Assembly: GCA_031372065.1 (NCBI GenBank)
Contig: JANMKN010000244.1
Coordinates: 1-64,000, forward strand
DNA from: Abditibacteriaceae bacterium
Lineage (GTDB): Bacteria; Armatimonadota; Abditibacteriia; Abditibacteriales; Abditibacteriaceae
Direction: 5' to 3'
DNA length: 64,000 nucleotides
Shown: positions 17,285-27,036 of the stretch, piece by piece
How positions within the stretch are numbered: position 1 is the first letter of the stretch
Layout of the letters: each line of letters opens with the position of its first letter
The notes under the pieces: model-generated
What the model was told of the DNA's origin: nothing
Database searches by the model: none
The model's input: only the letters and a program-made list of their open reading frames with translations
Translations under genes and position numbers: made by a program

Positions 17285-17362
17285 TTTAAGTGCCTTATTC
17301 GCAGAAGCGCCCCCATTTATTTCTATGAAAATAGGGGCGCTTCTGCGAATAAGGCACTTAAA
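17285..17362. repeat. Perfect 29-bp inverted repeat with 20-nt spacer (MITE-like remnant or RNA hairpin)
   Basis: TTTAAGTGCCTTATTCGCAGAAGCGCCCC ... GGGGCGCTTCTGCGAATAAGGCACTTAAA. Confidence 0.8.
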
Positions 17363-17387
17363 ACGGAAAAAGAGGAGATAAAGCGCT

Positions 17388-18053
17388 TTGAAACGCGGTA
17401 GATTGGTAGTGTTTAGTGGGTTGGATTGCGCAGGTAAATCCACGCAGATTGAACGGCTAAGGCTGCGACTGCGTAAGGGTGGGGTAGAGCCGGTTTATTT
17501 GTGGTCGCGTGGTGGTTACACGCCGGGTTTTGTGGCGCTTAAGGCGTTTCTACGCCGGTTGTCGCGGGGGCGGGTAGTGCCTCAAGCGGGGCCAAGCACC
17601 CAGCGGGCGCAGGCGATGGGGCATGGACGGACACGGCGAATGTGGCTGCGTTTATCGTTACTGGATTTGATCTGGCTTTATGGCGTGCAGGTGCGATGGT
17701 GGCGTTTGTGCGGTAAAACCGTGATTTGTGATCGCTATATTGGGGACACTCTGATTGATTTCACGCTCAATTTTCCTCAAGAAAATGTTGTGTCATGGTG
17801 GCTGTGGCGGTTGTTGGAGCGTGTCACGCCTCGGCCCGATGCAGCGTTTTTGATGTTGATTCCGGTTGAGGAATCGCAGCGCCGCGCTGTTTTGAAGAAC
17901 GAGCCTTACCCGGACACGCCTGAAGTTTTGGCCCAGCGTTTATCCTATTATCAAGGGCAAACTGCTGCTGGCCGTTGGCAGGCACTGGATGGTCTGCGTC
18001 CGATTGACGATTTAGCCACCGAGATTTGGGAGAAAGGGCTTAGTAAGAATTAG
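17388..18053 (+). CDS. Thymidylate-kinase-like P-loop kinase
   Basis: FSGLDCAGKSTQ, VICDRY, PRPD motifs. Confidence 0.85.
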   Translation: MKRGRLVVFSGLDCAGKSTQIERLRLRLRKGGVEPVYLWSRGGYTPGFVALKAFLRRLSRGRVVPQAGPSTQRAQAMGHGRTRRMWLRLSLLDLIWLYGVQVRWWRLCGKTVICDRYIGDTLIDFTLNFPQENVVSWWLWRLLERVTPRPDAAFLMLIPVEESQRRAVLKNEPYPDTPEVLAQRLSYYQGQTAAGRWQALDGLRPIDDLATEIWEKGLSKN

Positions 18054-18077
18054 GAAGTAAGCCTTAGTATTTGGTTA

Positions 18078-19337
18078 TTGGCTTCCCACACCTTAAATCC
18101 CAACATGAGAATTAGCCTGTTATTGGAACGTGAGCCATTTGGCAAGGTGCTGGAAACGACGCTGGAGCGCTTCTGGGAAGAGCGCACAGGTCAGGCACAT
18201 AGCGTTAAATGGCAGATGGGCCGACCCGATATAGGGCAGCTACGCGAGAGAGGGGCACAGGCATGGCTGGCTAATACTTACCTCAACGCGATTTTCGTGC
18301 CTGAGGCCGTAAGCGCGGTTTTCGATCCTGTGCGGCGCGAATTTACGCGTAGCACAGTGGCATGGCGCCGATTACCGCAAGCGGCTTATGTGGCATTGGC
18401 GTCGGGAATCGGGGCGGCGCAGCTGGCGCAGGCCGGATTAAGCATTACGCCAGTCATCGAACACGCCCGGCATCAATTGCTGGTGGCCGGCAACCATAAG
18501 TTGCGCCTCCTTGACCATCGGGCGGGTTTGGCCTATGGTATTTTGAAACACGGTTTCGACGCGCGGTTTTTAGAGAATGAGTTGACTACGCGCCTGCAAG
18601 CTGCTGCGCTGGGCCTACCTGTGCCGGAGCTAAAACAGTGGAGTCCAGATGGATGGTGGTTCAGTGAAGCTTATGTGAGCGGAACGCCGGTTAATCGCCT
18701 GAGCGATCCCCAAGTGGCTCAAGACGCAATTGAACGGGCCACCAAGGCTTTGGGGCGCTTGCTCGAAGCCACTTTGGGTGAGGAAGATGCCAGCGTCTAC
18801 GCCCAAAGTTTGTATGAGCGCGTTGTGACTTTGGCACAGGCTAATCGATTGTTGAGCGAGACCGAACACCAGACATTGAACGGCATCGCCCCGACTTTGG
18901 TGCGCTTGGCTGAAGGAGGGCGTATTGCTACGGCGCGGGTGCATGGAGATTTTCAAGCGGCCAATATTTTGGTGGAGGGCACCAAAATCTGGATGATTGA
19001 CTGGGAATATGCAGCACAACGCCAAGCTGGCTACGATGCGCTGGTTTTTGAATTGGCAGCTCGTCGTCCTCACGAATTGGCGGCTCGTATCGCACAATTT
19101 GTGAATGATGGGCCGCGCGACGGCCCGATAGGTGTCATGCTGCGCGCGGGCCGTTGGCCGGGTGTGTTATGGCGCGAGGCGGGAATACGACGGCAAGCGA
19201 GCGCCTTGTTTTTGTTGGAAGAACTTGTAATGCACCTCGAAGAAAATGCTAACCCGTGTTTTACCCGGCTGGGTGCTGGCCTGACAACCGTATTGAGCGA
19301 GGCAGCTCAATGGGTTCGACAGGAAAGGGAACACTGA
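18078..19337 (+). CDS. APH/choline-kinase-like phosphotransferase
   Basis: VHGDFQAANI and MIDWE motifs. Confidence 0.8.
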   Translation: MASHTLNPNMRISLLLEREPFGKVLETTLERFWEERTGQAHSVKWQMGRPDIGQLRERGAQAWLANTYLNAIFVPEAVSAVFDPVRREFTRSTVAWRRLPQAAYVALASGIGAAQLAQAGLSITPVIEHARHQLLVAGNHKLRLLDHRAGLAYGILKHGFDARFLENELTTRLQAAALGLPVPELKQWSPDGWWFSEAYVSGTPVNRLSDPQVAQDAIERATKALGRLLEATLGEEDASVYAQSLYERVVTLAQANRLLSETEHQTLNGIAPTLVRLAEGGRIATARVHGDFQAANILVEGTKIWMIDWEYAAQRQAGYDALVFELAARRPHELAARIAQFVNDGPRDGPIGVMLRAGRWPGVLWREAGIRRQASALFLLEELVMHLEENANPCFTRLGAGLTTVLSEAAQWVRQEREH

Positions 19338-20551
19338 TGTCCCCTTTAAATTCGCAATCGCCGGCGTTGTTAATTTTGAACCAGATGGCTGGGCCACTAA
19401 CATGGGAATTGGTCGAGGATTTGGGACAAGATCATGTCCTATTGGCTTTATTGACGGGTCATCCCGACACATTGGCTAAAGCCGAAGCCAATGTATACAA
19501 GGGTGTGCAAGTTTCTGCGGCTGTGCCGTATCAGCGTGGCAGTTATCGGCAGCGCATGGCGTCGTGGCTACATTATTGGCTACAGGCGTGGCGCTGGGTG
19601 GGACGGCGCCCGCAGCGACTACCTATTCTCTTGTTTTCTAATCCACCGCTGTTGCCGTGGTTAGGTTATTTCATGTATCGCTTGCGCCGCCAGCCTTATG
19701 CCGTGATGGTGCATGACATTTACCCTGATGTGATGGTGCACTTGGGCGCGGTGCCTGCTAAACATCCTGTGGCACAGGTGTGGCGGGCCATGAACCGCCG
19801 GACTTATGAAAACGCCACTGTAGTGATGACGCTGGGCGAACAAATGGCTGCCACCTTAGAGCGTCAGTTCGATCCGACGCACACCCCGGCGGGTCGCATT
19901 GAAGTGATTTACCCGTGGGCCGACACCGATTTTTTACGGCCCCGCCTCAAAACTGACAACTGGTTTGCCCAAAAATATGGACAGATCGGCAAGTTGACAG
20001 TGATGTATTCGGGCAACATGGGGATTGGGCACGATATAGAAACCATGCTGTCTGCCGCTGAACAATTGCGCGACGAAGCCGATGTCCACTTTATGTTCAT
20101 CGGCGCTGGCCCCAAGTGGGAGCTGGTTGAGAAGACGATCCATGACCAACAACTAAAGAACGTGACATTACTGGATTGGCAGGAAGAGGCAACCCTTCCT
20201 TATTCGTTGGCAACAGCCGACGTAGCCATGGTTTCGCTGGATGAGGGTGCCGAAGGGTTAGCGTTTCCCAGCAAAGCGATCACCGCGATGGCTGCGGGCG
20301 CTGCCTTATTGGGTCTGAGCCGTCATCCCAGTGATTTATCGTGTCTGATTGAGCGTTATCAGTGTGGCACTAACGTTGCGCCGGGTGATGTCGCTGGATT
20401 TACGCAAGCCTTGCGGCGCTATCGTGATGATGCGGCTTGGTTGTATGACTGCCAAGTAGCATCGCGTCAAGCGGCAGAACAGGATTTGTCGCGTGCGGTC
20501 AACGTTGAGCGAATATGGGGTTATATTAAAGATATGATAGAGCCGGTATAA
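19337..20551 (+). CDS. Glycosyltransferase family 4 (WbuB/WcaI-like)
   Basis: SNPP, HDIYPD, YSGNMG, FPSK; ATG overlaps the upstream TGA. Confidence 0.9.
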   Translation: MSPLNSQSPALLILNQMAGPLTWELVEDLGQDHVLLALLTGHPDTLAKAEANVYKGVQVSAAVPYQRGSYRQRMASWLHYWLQAWRWVGRRPQRLPILLFSNPPLLPWLGYFMYRLRRQPYAVMVHDIYPDVMVHLGAVPAKHPVAQVWRAMNRRTYENATVVMTLGEQMAATLERQFDPTHTPAGRIEVIYPWADTDFLRPRLKTDNWFAQKYGQIGKLTVMYSGNMGIGHDIETMLSAAEQLRDEADVHFMFIGAGPKWELVEKTIHDQQLKNVTLLDWQEEATLPYSLATADVAMVSLDEGAEGLAFPSKAITAMAAGAALLGLSRHPSDLSCLIERYQCGTNVAPGDVAGFTQALRRYRDDAAWLYDCQVASRQAAEQDLSRAVNVERIWGYIKDMIEPV

Positions 20552-20642
20552 GGCATTAGTAAAATCAAAGACTAATTGGTCTACCAACACATAAAAAATG
20601 GCAAAACAACAAACCTCCGGCCAAATATTTATTCTCTTTGGG

Positions 20643-20790
20643 TTCAATTCCCCGCAGCTTGCTGCGCGACCATGAGTGCGAAGCACTCTTCCCTTGGAGC
20701 GCGTAGCGCTCTTGAGAAAGGACGCATGGGACTTGACAAAAAAGTTAAACTCCTCATTCAAATACCCCGCTGCTTGCGGCGGGGATTCTT
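20643..20790. mobile_element. Miniature palindrome-ended element (IS200/IS605-end- or REP-like)
   Basis: Related hairpins at the two ends: TTCAATTCCCCGCAGCTTGCTGCGCG and TTCAAATACCCCGCTGCTTGCGGCGGGGAT; no credible CDS between them. Confidence 0.6.
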
Positions 20791-21099
20791 TATTGCATTT
20801 CAACCTTATCTATATAGACAGGAGAAAACCTACATTGCATTTACAAATAGGGTTGGAGTAGTTAAGCTATTTGAGTAAGTTTCGCGCGGTGGAGCTAAAA
20901 CAACTTGAAACAGGACGAAGTTGAATTGCCACTTAATCCTGTTGAATAGTTGGCAGAAGCGCAGTAGCAAGAACGTTTGCTTAGTGCGTCAAATAATTCC
21001 ACAAATGACACAAGGTGATGGTGAATGCGGACTTATCTGGACAGAAATTTTTGTTCCTCAATTGAAAAATTCCCACTCTGCTGTTAGAGATATCCTTCC

Positions 21100-22476
21100 T
21101 TGATGCGCTCCCGTTCTTCCGATTATAGCTTGACGACACCATCAGATGCGCTCTTGAAGAGCGTGCCCCAAGCGAATTTAAGTGACCACCGCTGGCGACG
21201 GTTGCTAAAACTAATCTCGCCCGTGTTCTGGATTGGCCTACTCGGTTCGATTTCGATGTTTGGTATGTTGCAGCGCCCACCATTGATGCCGCTGAACATG
21301 ACTTACCTGTTATTTGGTATTGTTTTAACCACTTTCATTGGGACAGTTGTAATCCGTCGCCGTGACTTGCGCCTCCGTTGGGCACGCTCGGATGTATTTG
21401 TTGCTGTTCTGATAGGCACCGGCGTGTTCAGTAGTTTGGTGGCAGGGTGGTTCTTTGAATTGCCGATAAAGATTGCAGAGGGCGAGCGCATTACCTACTT
21501 TGGTATGCTGCTACTTTACTTTATCACCCGTCTCGTAGTGGTGCAGCGCCAACAAATCTACTTAGTAATCGGCATTTTGGTTGCGGGTATGGCTATACAA
21601 AGCCTGATTGGAGTGGCGTTATACTTCGTGGCTCCTAGTCTGCCAGCACTAACAATGCTCCAATCAGAGGATGGGGAAGACGATGTGGAAGTAGTTGACA
21701 CTAATTCTTTTAGTGGCGCAGGGCGCCTATCAGGATTTTCGGGAAACCCCAATATGTTCGTGACGTTGCCGTTGATGGCACTTCCCCTTGCCATAGGGCT
21801 CTTGCTGACGGCCACAAATGCGCGTTATCGCGCTTGGTTGACCCTCACGACAGGACTGGCAGCTATGGGAGTGCTACTGGCGTTTTCGCGCAGTGCTTGG
21901 ATCGGCATTTTTATTGGTATGGCTTCTCTGCTGCGTTTATGGCCTATCTTGCCACGTCTTAAAGGCACGCGAATTATAGTGTTAGTTGGCGTGGCATTGG
22001 CCGCAGTGGGCGGCGTAGCTCTGCTCAAAAGCTCTGATGCCATAGCCTCGCGCTATGATTCCATTGAAGACCGCCACTCGCTTGGTGGTCGCCCTGAAAT
22101 GTGGCAGCACGCCTTTGATTTGGTGATGACTTATCCGACAGGTGTAGGGCTGGGCAACTACAAAGATGTCAACAAGCGGCTTTTCAACGACAATGTGTCT
22201 GGTCACAGTGCGCATAATTCAATCATAGGCATCACCGCAGATGGAGGCATCTTGGCTGGTCTGGCGATGCTATTTTTCTTGTGGGATCGCTTTGGGATCG
22301 GTGTGCGTGCCAATCGTGGTAGTAGTTTGCATGACCGAGCGCTCCTCATTGGCCTAAGCGCAGCGTTCTTGGCATTGGCGGTGCATTTGTGTTTTCACTC
22401 AGTGCATGGTCAAATTTACATCTGGGTGTTGGCTGCCTGCCAAAGTAACCTGCGTCAGTTGCCGTCCGAATCTTGA
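21100..22476 (+). CDS. O-antigen ligase/Wzy-family polymerase
   Basis: Multiple TMs; GNPN, FSRSAW, GVGLGNY, AHN motifs. Confidence 0.88.
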   Translation: MMRSRSSDYSLTTPSDALLKSVPQANLSDHRWRRLLKLISPVFWIGLLGSISMFGMLQRPPLMPLNMTYLLFGIVLTTFIGTVVIRRRDLRLRWARSDVFVAVLIGTGVFSSLVAGWFFELPIKIAEGERITYFGMLLLYFITRLVVVQRQQIYLVIGILVAGMAIQSLIGVALYFVAPSLPALTMLQSEDGEDDVEVVDTNSFSGAGRLSGFSGNPNMFVTLPLMALPLAIGLLLTATNARYRAWLTLTTGLAAMGVLLAFSRSAWIGIFIGMASLLRLWPILPRLKGTRIIVLVGVALAAVGGVALLKSSDAIASRYDSIEDRHSLGGRPEMWQHAFDLVMTYPTGVGLGNYKDVNKRLFNDNVSGHSAHNSIIGITADGGILAGLAMLFFLWDRFGIGVRANRGSSLHDRALLIGLSAAFLALAVHLCFHSVHGQIYIWVLAACQSNLRQLPSES

Positions 22477-22561
22477 ATATTGAGGCTTAGGGGCTACCGC
22501 TTGGCGCTTGCTCAATAGGCTCTCTGTAAACTGGTGAGATGATCGCAAAAGAGGAAATTAG

Positions 22562-23680
22562 ATGCTCAAAGGCCGAGATTTATCAGATAAAAAGCTGCAA
22601 TTAGATGCACTGGATGGATTGAGGGGTCTTGCCGTTTTGTTAGTGTTTCTCAGTCACACAAGCAATGCAAAAATCTATCTCTTTCCTCATGCAGACTTTT
22701 CCGGTGTTGGCAAAAGTGGCGTGTTTCTGTTTTTCGTCCTAAGCTCTTTTTTGTTGACGCTGCCATTTATAAAAAAAGGGAGTGCGGCCATTAACAGGAC
22801 TTTCCTGGTTAATTATGGCCTTAGGCGTTTCTTTCGCATATACCCGCTTTATTTCCTTTATTTGTTGCTGGCCCTTATTACCACCATGACGTTATGGAAA
22901 ATAATTGGCTATAAGACACCTATCGGTTTGCCGTTTACGCTGTCATTTCAGCAGTTCCTTGCCCAGTTACTTTTAATGCAGGGCAAAGGAGTGACTTGGA
23001 GTATTCTTGTTGAGTTCCGTTACTATTTTATTCTTCCAATATTGGCGTTAACTTATTCGGCTGTTTTGCGAAATAGGCTGCTGCCTTCAGTTTTATTGAC
23101 TATTGTATTGATCATCTTGACCCAGCTTATCTGGCCTCAAGCCGAATCCGGTGACGATGAAGCGCGACTGGGGCCGTATTTACCTGTTTTCTTCATGGGG
23201 TCGCTACTGGCAGTCATTTACCACAATTGGCAGCAAAGCAATTTACTCCACAACAAGAAGACAATGTTGTTGGTAGAAGTAATGGGTTTGTTAGCGCTTT
23301 GTATTTTAATTTACATGACACCTTCGGTTTCTTCTTATTTTCTTCAACAAGAAATACCTTACGACTATTACCACAAACAATTCATTACGTTTTCTATCCT
23401 ATGGGCTATGGTTGTCTTTGCCAGTGTTGCGGGGCTTGGTTTGCTAAAGAAAATCTTTGAAATTTCTTTTCTGCGTTATCTGGGTTTCATCAGTTTTAGC
23501 GTTTATCTTTTTCATATAGTTGTATATGGAGTGTTATCGAAGATGACTAATAATTTGCCTTTATTCGGCTGGATAATGTTAGGAATTACAATAGTCATCT
23601 CGCACATTTCCTGGCTTTTGATTGAAAAGCCCACATCAAGGATAAGGTTTGATAAGCAGCCTAAAACTCCCCAGAGCTAA
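22562..23680 (+). CDS. Acyltransferase-3 (OafA-like) O-acyltransferase
   Basis: LDGLRGLAV, GVFLFFVLS, RRFFRIYPLY, WSILVEFRYY, LIEKP. Confidence 0.92.
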   Translation: MLKGRDLSDKKLQLDALDGLRGLAVLLVFLSHTSNAKIYLFPHADFSGVGKSGVFLFFVLSSFLLTLPFIKKGSAAINRTFLVNYGLRRFFRIYPLYFLYLLLALITTMTLWKIIGYKTPIGLPFTLSFQQFLAQLLLMQGKGVTWSILVEFRYYFILPILALTYSAVLRNRLLPSVLLTIVLIILTQLIWPQAESGDDEARLGPYLPVFFMGSLLAVIYHNWQQSNLLHNKKTMLLVEVMGLLALCILIYMTPSVSSYFLQQEIPYDYYHKQFITFSILWAMVVFASVAGLGLLKKIFEISFLRYLGFISFSVYLFHIVVYGVLSKMTNNLPLFGWIMLGITIVISHISWLLIEKPTSRIRFDKQPKTPQS

Positions 23681-23970
23681 AGCCGGAGCTTCTTGGTTCA
23701 GTGAGAATAGCCCCTAAACTATATGTAGGCTGCGTATAGCTTTCCTGCCAACTTTTTATGTGAATTGCAACAACAAAGATACACTCAGTGCCCGTTGCAA
23801 AAAATGCCAAACTGCACCAACGCTGCAAAAACGCGCTGCGGATTGGCTTGCGTTCAACAAAGACTGCTTGACTTGCCAAGGCATTTGTCCTTACAGGAGA
23901 GCCTGTTCTTATCGGCTGCAAGGATTGGCAAGAAAATGAGCACTGCAAAAGGAAACATAACCAAAAACAA

Positions 23971-25248
23971 GTGAACGATTTAAACGATTCAACAAACAAA
24001 ATCCAGCCTCTTATTGCCATTGGTGGTGGTGTTGTAGAAGTGGACGATGAGGGCCACTTTTTTGTGAAGGCCGCCATCGCCGATTATTTGCACGCTTTGG
24101 CGGATGTGTTTGGTAGCGTTCATTTCTTTGCTTACGCAATACCCAAAACGGGCGAGTTATTCGAGACGCCGTTAGACCCAGCGCGCGTTCACTTGCACAA
24201 ATTACGCTGGCCCCACGCACATGGTATGATGGCGCGGTGTCGTGCTTTCTATGCTGATGTAGCTTTACTACGCGACATGGCATCGCGTGCCGCTGGGATC
24301 ATCGAATATCATCCGGCGGGCGGAGGCTGGCCGATATCGCTGTTGCTGGCGCGCTATGCGCCGTTCTATGTGGTCTATTTTGGTCTCGATTCGCGCAAGC
24401 GCTGGTTGCCTTTGAGGGGTTATGGCTTATTGGGCGCGCTCAAGCGTCTCCATTTGCTGATTACTGGTGAAGTAGCGGCGCGGATGGCCGATCTCGTGTT
24501 GGTGCGCGATGTTGATCAATGGCGCCGCATTGAGCAGCAAAGGCCGGGTCGAGTAGTGCTTTCGGCGCCAGTCTCAGCAGCTTTGCAAACACCTGTGGCG
24601 CGCGTTGACTCGTGCCATAATGAAATTGTGCGTCTGCTGTGTGTGTGTGTGCTGTCACCCCGCAAAGGCATTGAAGACCTGCTTGAGGCCGTGCATCTAC
24701 TGACCCATGATCCCCAACTGCGTGAGCAATTGCAGGGGCGGCGCGTGCATCTTACGCTGGTAGGCGGTGCGGCATTACAAGAAGGTTATACGCTGGAGCA
24801 TGTGCGGACGAGGGCCGCCGAGTTGGATATCGCCCCACAGGTGACGTTAACCGGCTACATAGATGACATTGAGCGACTGAGCTTACTTTACCAAGAGGCC
24901 GACATTTTTGTGATGGCCAGCCACTCCGAAGGATTTCCCCGCGTTATTGATGAGGCAATGGCACACAATCTTCTGATCGTGATGACCAATTTGGTCGAGA
25001 TTCGTGCCACATTAGTGCATCGCACGCACGCTCTGCTATTCGAGCCGGGCCAGCCTCAGCAAATGGCCGAGGCGTTGTGCGAAGTTATCACCGATGGTGA
25101 ATTACGCCGCACGCTGCTGCGCAACTCGCATACGCTTTCCGTCAGTCGGCTGCAAGACACCGCGCCGGCCCAGCACGCGCGACTCATGCTCGAATTGGCT
25201 GCACAAAAACGTCAAAAGAAAACCCGCTCATCAAATACCCTTCGCTAA
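23971..25248 (+). CDS. Glycosyltransferase family 4
   Basis: RKG and SHSEGFPRVIDEAMA (EX7E). Confidence 0.88.
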   Translation: MNDLNDSTNKIQPLIAIGGGVVEVDDEGHFFVKAAIADYLHALADVFGSVHFFAYAIPKTGELFETPLDPARVHLHKLRWPHAHGMMARCRAFYADVALLRDMASRAAGIIEYHPAGGGWPISLLLARYAPFYVVYFGLDSRKRWLPLRGYGLLGALKRLHLLITGEVAARMADLVLVRDVDQWRRIEQQRPGRVVLSAPVSAALQTPVARVDSCHNEIVRLLCVCVLSPRKGIEDLLEAVHLLTHDPQLREQLQGRRVHLTLVGGAALQEGYTLEHVRTRAAELDIAPQVTLTGYIDDIERLSLLYQEADIFVMASHSEGFPRVIDEAMAHNLLIVMTNLVEIRATLVHRTHALLFEPGQPQQMAEALCEVITDGELRRTLLRNSHTLSVSRLQDTAPAQHARLMLELAAQKRQKKTRSSNTLR

Positions 25249-25428
25249 AATGAAGAGGTTGTGTTTATGCAGAAACTTGACACCATAGGTCAGTTGACTC
25301 ACACGGAATCGCGTGATTATCGTCGTGTCAAGCACCGTCGCCACAGAGCGTCCTTCGCCATGTGTGCCCCACTTTTGCTAAACTTGCCGTATTGGAACGA
25401 GCGAACCGTTTCCTTGTATAGCTAACTG

Positions 25429-27036
25429 ATGAGACACTCTACGCCAGTCGCCCCAGATGATTCAACCGTTCCTCCCGTTGTAAATTCCACTGATTCAGCC
25501 GCTAATACTACGACCCCCAAAAACATTACACACCGCACATTACACGGTTTGTTTTGGACTTTTTCAGGCAGTAGTGTGCAGATGGCGCTGCGTATAGTGG
25601 TGTTGATCGCGCTGGCTCGGTTGCTCAAACCCGCCGATTTTGGATTAGTCACGGCAGCACTGGTGGTAACAGGCTTTTCCGAGTTGTTCTCGCAACTTGG
25701 TATTGGGCCGGCCATCGTGCAGAGGCCCCAACTGGAAGAGCGCCACATTCGCACTGGATTCACGATTTCGGCCATTTTGGGCTTCTTATTGCTCGGTATT
25801 TTTTATTTTTTGGCGCCGATCATCGCTGCGTTCTACCATATGCAGAACCAAAACTTGACCCCAATTCTGCGCGCACTGGCGTTGGTATTTCCCATTAGTG
25901 GTTTATCGGTTGTTAGCTATTCGCTTCTATCACGCGATCTGGAGTTCAAGCGCATTGCGGGCATTCAGGTGACGGCTTACCTCGTCGGTTATGTGGGAAT
26001 GGGCATTGGGTTAGCGTGGTGCGGCTTTGGACCGTGGGCATTAGTGGCGGCGAGTTTGACACAGGAATTGGGTAATACCATTGGGCGCTTGATCTTCAAA
26101 CCGCACTCTAAAAAGCTTTTGTTCGATTTGGAGGCTGCCAAAGAGTTGATGCTGTTAGGTGGCGGCTTCACAGCGGCGCGCATGGGCAATTATCTGGCGA
26201 CGCAGGGCGACAATCTCATTGTGGGCCGCTATTTGGGGCTGGCTCAGTTAGGGCTATATAGTCGCTCCTATCAACTTATTGTGATTCCGGCGACCTTACT
26301 TGGACAGGTGTTACAAGACGTGCTGTTTCCTGTGATGGCCCGCTTCCAAGACGATAAGGTGCGATTAGCACAAGCCTATAAGCGCGGTTTGGCATTGATT
26401 GCTTTGCTGGTGCTGCCAATGAGCGTTGCGATGACTATCGTGGCGCCGGAGTTCATCTATACGCTGTTTGGCCCTCAATGGAAGGGCGCGATTGAGCCGT
26501 TTGGTATTCTGACTATCGGGGTGTTGTTCCGCACAAGTTACAAGATGAGCGACTCGATTGCGCGTTCGGCAGGTGCGGTTTACAAGCGTGCGTGGCGTCA
26601 ATGGATATACGCTGGCTGCGTCTTAAGCTTTGCAGGTGTAGGGCAACATTGGGGACTCAATGGCGTGGCGATTGGCGTGGTCGGCGCGCTGGTCGTCAAC
26701 TTTGTGCTAATGGCTGATTTGGGAATACGCATCACTGGTTTGACTTGGGCTGACTTTTTGGGCGCGCACATCCCAGCGCTAACACTGGCGGTGGTTGCAG
26801 GGCTTGAATCATGGGCTATTGCCGAGGTGTTGCGTGCGATGGTTATGCCCAGTGTCGTGATACTGCTGACTACTCTGGTTGTGCCCGCTGTGACGATGAT
26901 GGCTTTGGCCTATTTTATGCCTAAAATCACACTGGGTGAAGAAGGTCTGTGGATTGTTGACGCTTTGACGCGCCAGTTGTCAGGTCGGCTCAACGGTAAG
27001 TCCAAATCTCAGCGCGCGAAAGAGAGAGTGGCGTAA
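25429..27036 (+). CDS. wzx: Polysaccharide flippase (WzxC-like)
   Basis: LARLLKPADFG, GIGPAIVQ, DNLIVGRYLG..LGLYSRSY; many TMs. Confidence 0.92.
   Translation: MRHSTPVAPDDSTVPPVVNSTDSAANTTTPKNITHRTLHGLFWTFSGSSVQMALRIVVLIALARLLKPADFGLVTAALVVTGFSELFSQLGIGPAIVQRPQLEERHIRTGFTISAILGFLLLGIFYFLAPIIAAFYHMQNQNLTPILRALALVFPISGLSVVSYSLLSRDLEFKRIAGIQVTAYLVGYVGMGIGLAWCGFGPWALVAASLTQELGNTIGRLIFKPHSKKLLFDLEAAKELMLLGGGFTAARMGNYLATQGDNLIVGRYLGLAQLGLYSRSYQLIVIPATLLGQVLQDVLFPVMARFQDDKVRLAQAYKRGLALIALLVLPMSVAMTIVAPEFIYTLFGPQWKGAIEPFGILTIGVLFRTSYKMSDSIARSAGAVYKRAWRQWIYAGCVLSFAGVGQHWGLNGVAIGVVGALVVNFVLMADLGIRITGLTWADFLGAHIPALTLAVVAGLESWAIAEVLRAMVMPSVVILLTTLVVPAVTMMALAYFMPKITLGEEGLWIVDALTRQLSGRLNGKSKSQRAKERVA

Noticed and set aside
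18078..19337. Aminoglycoside resistance gene
   Set aside because: Only the generic kinase motifs are present, and it is embedded and coupled within a glycan operon.
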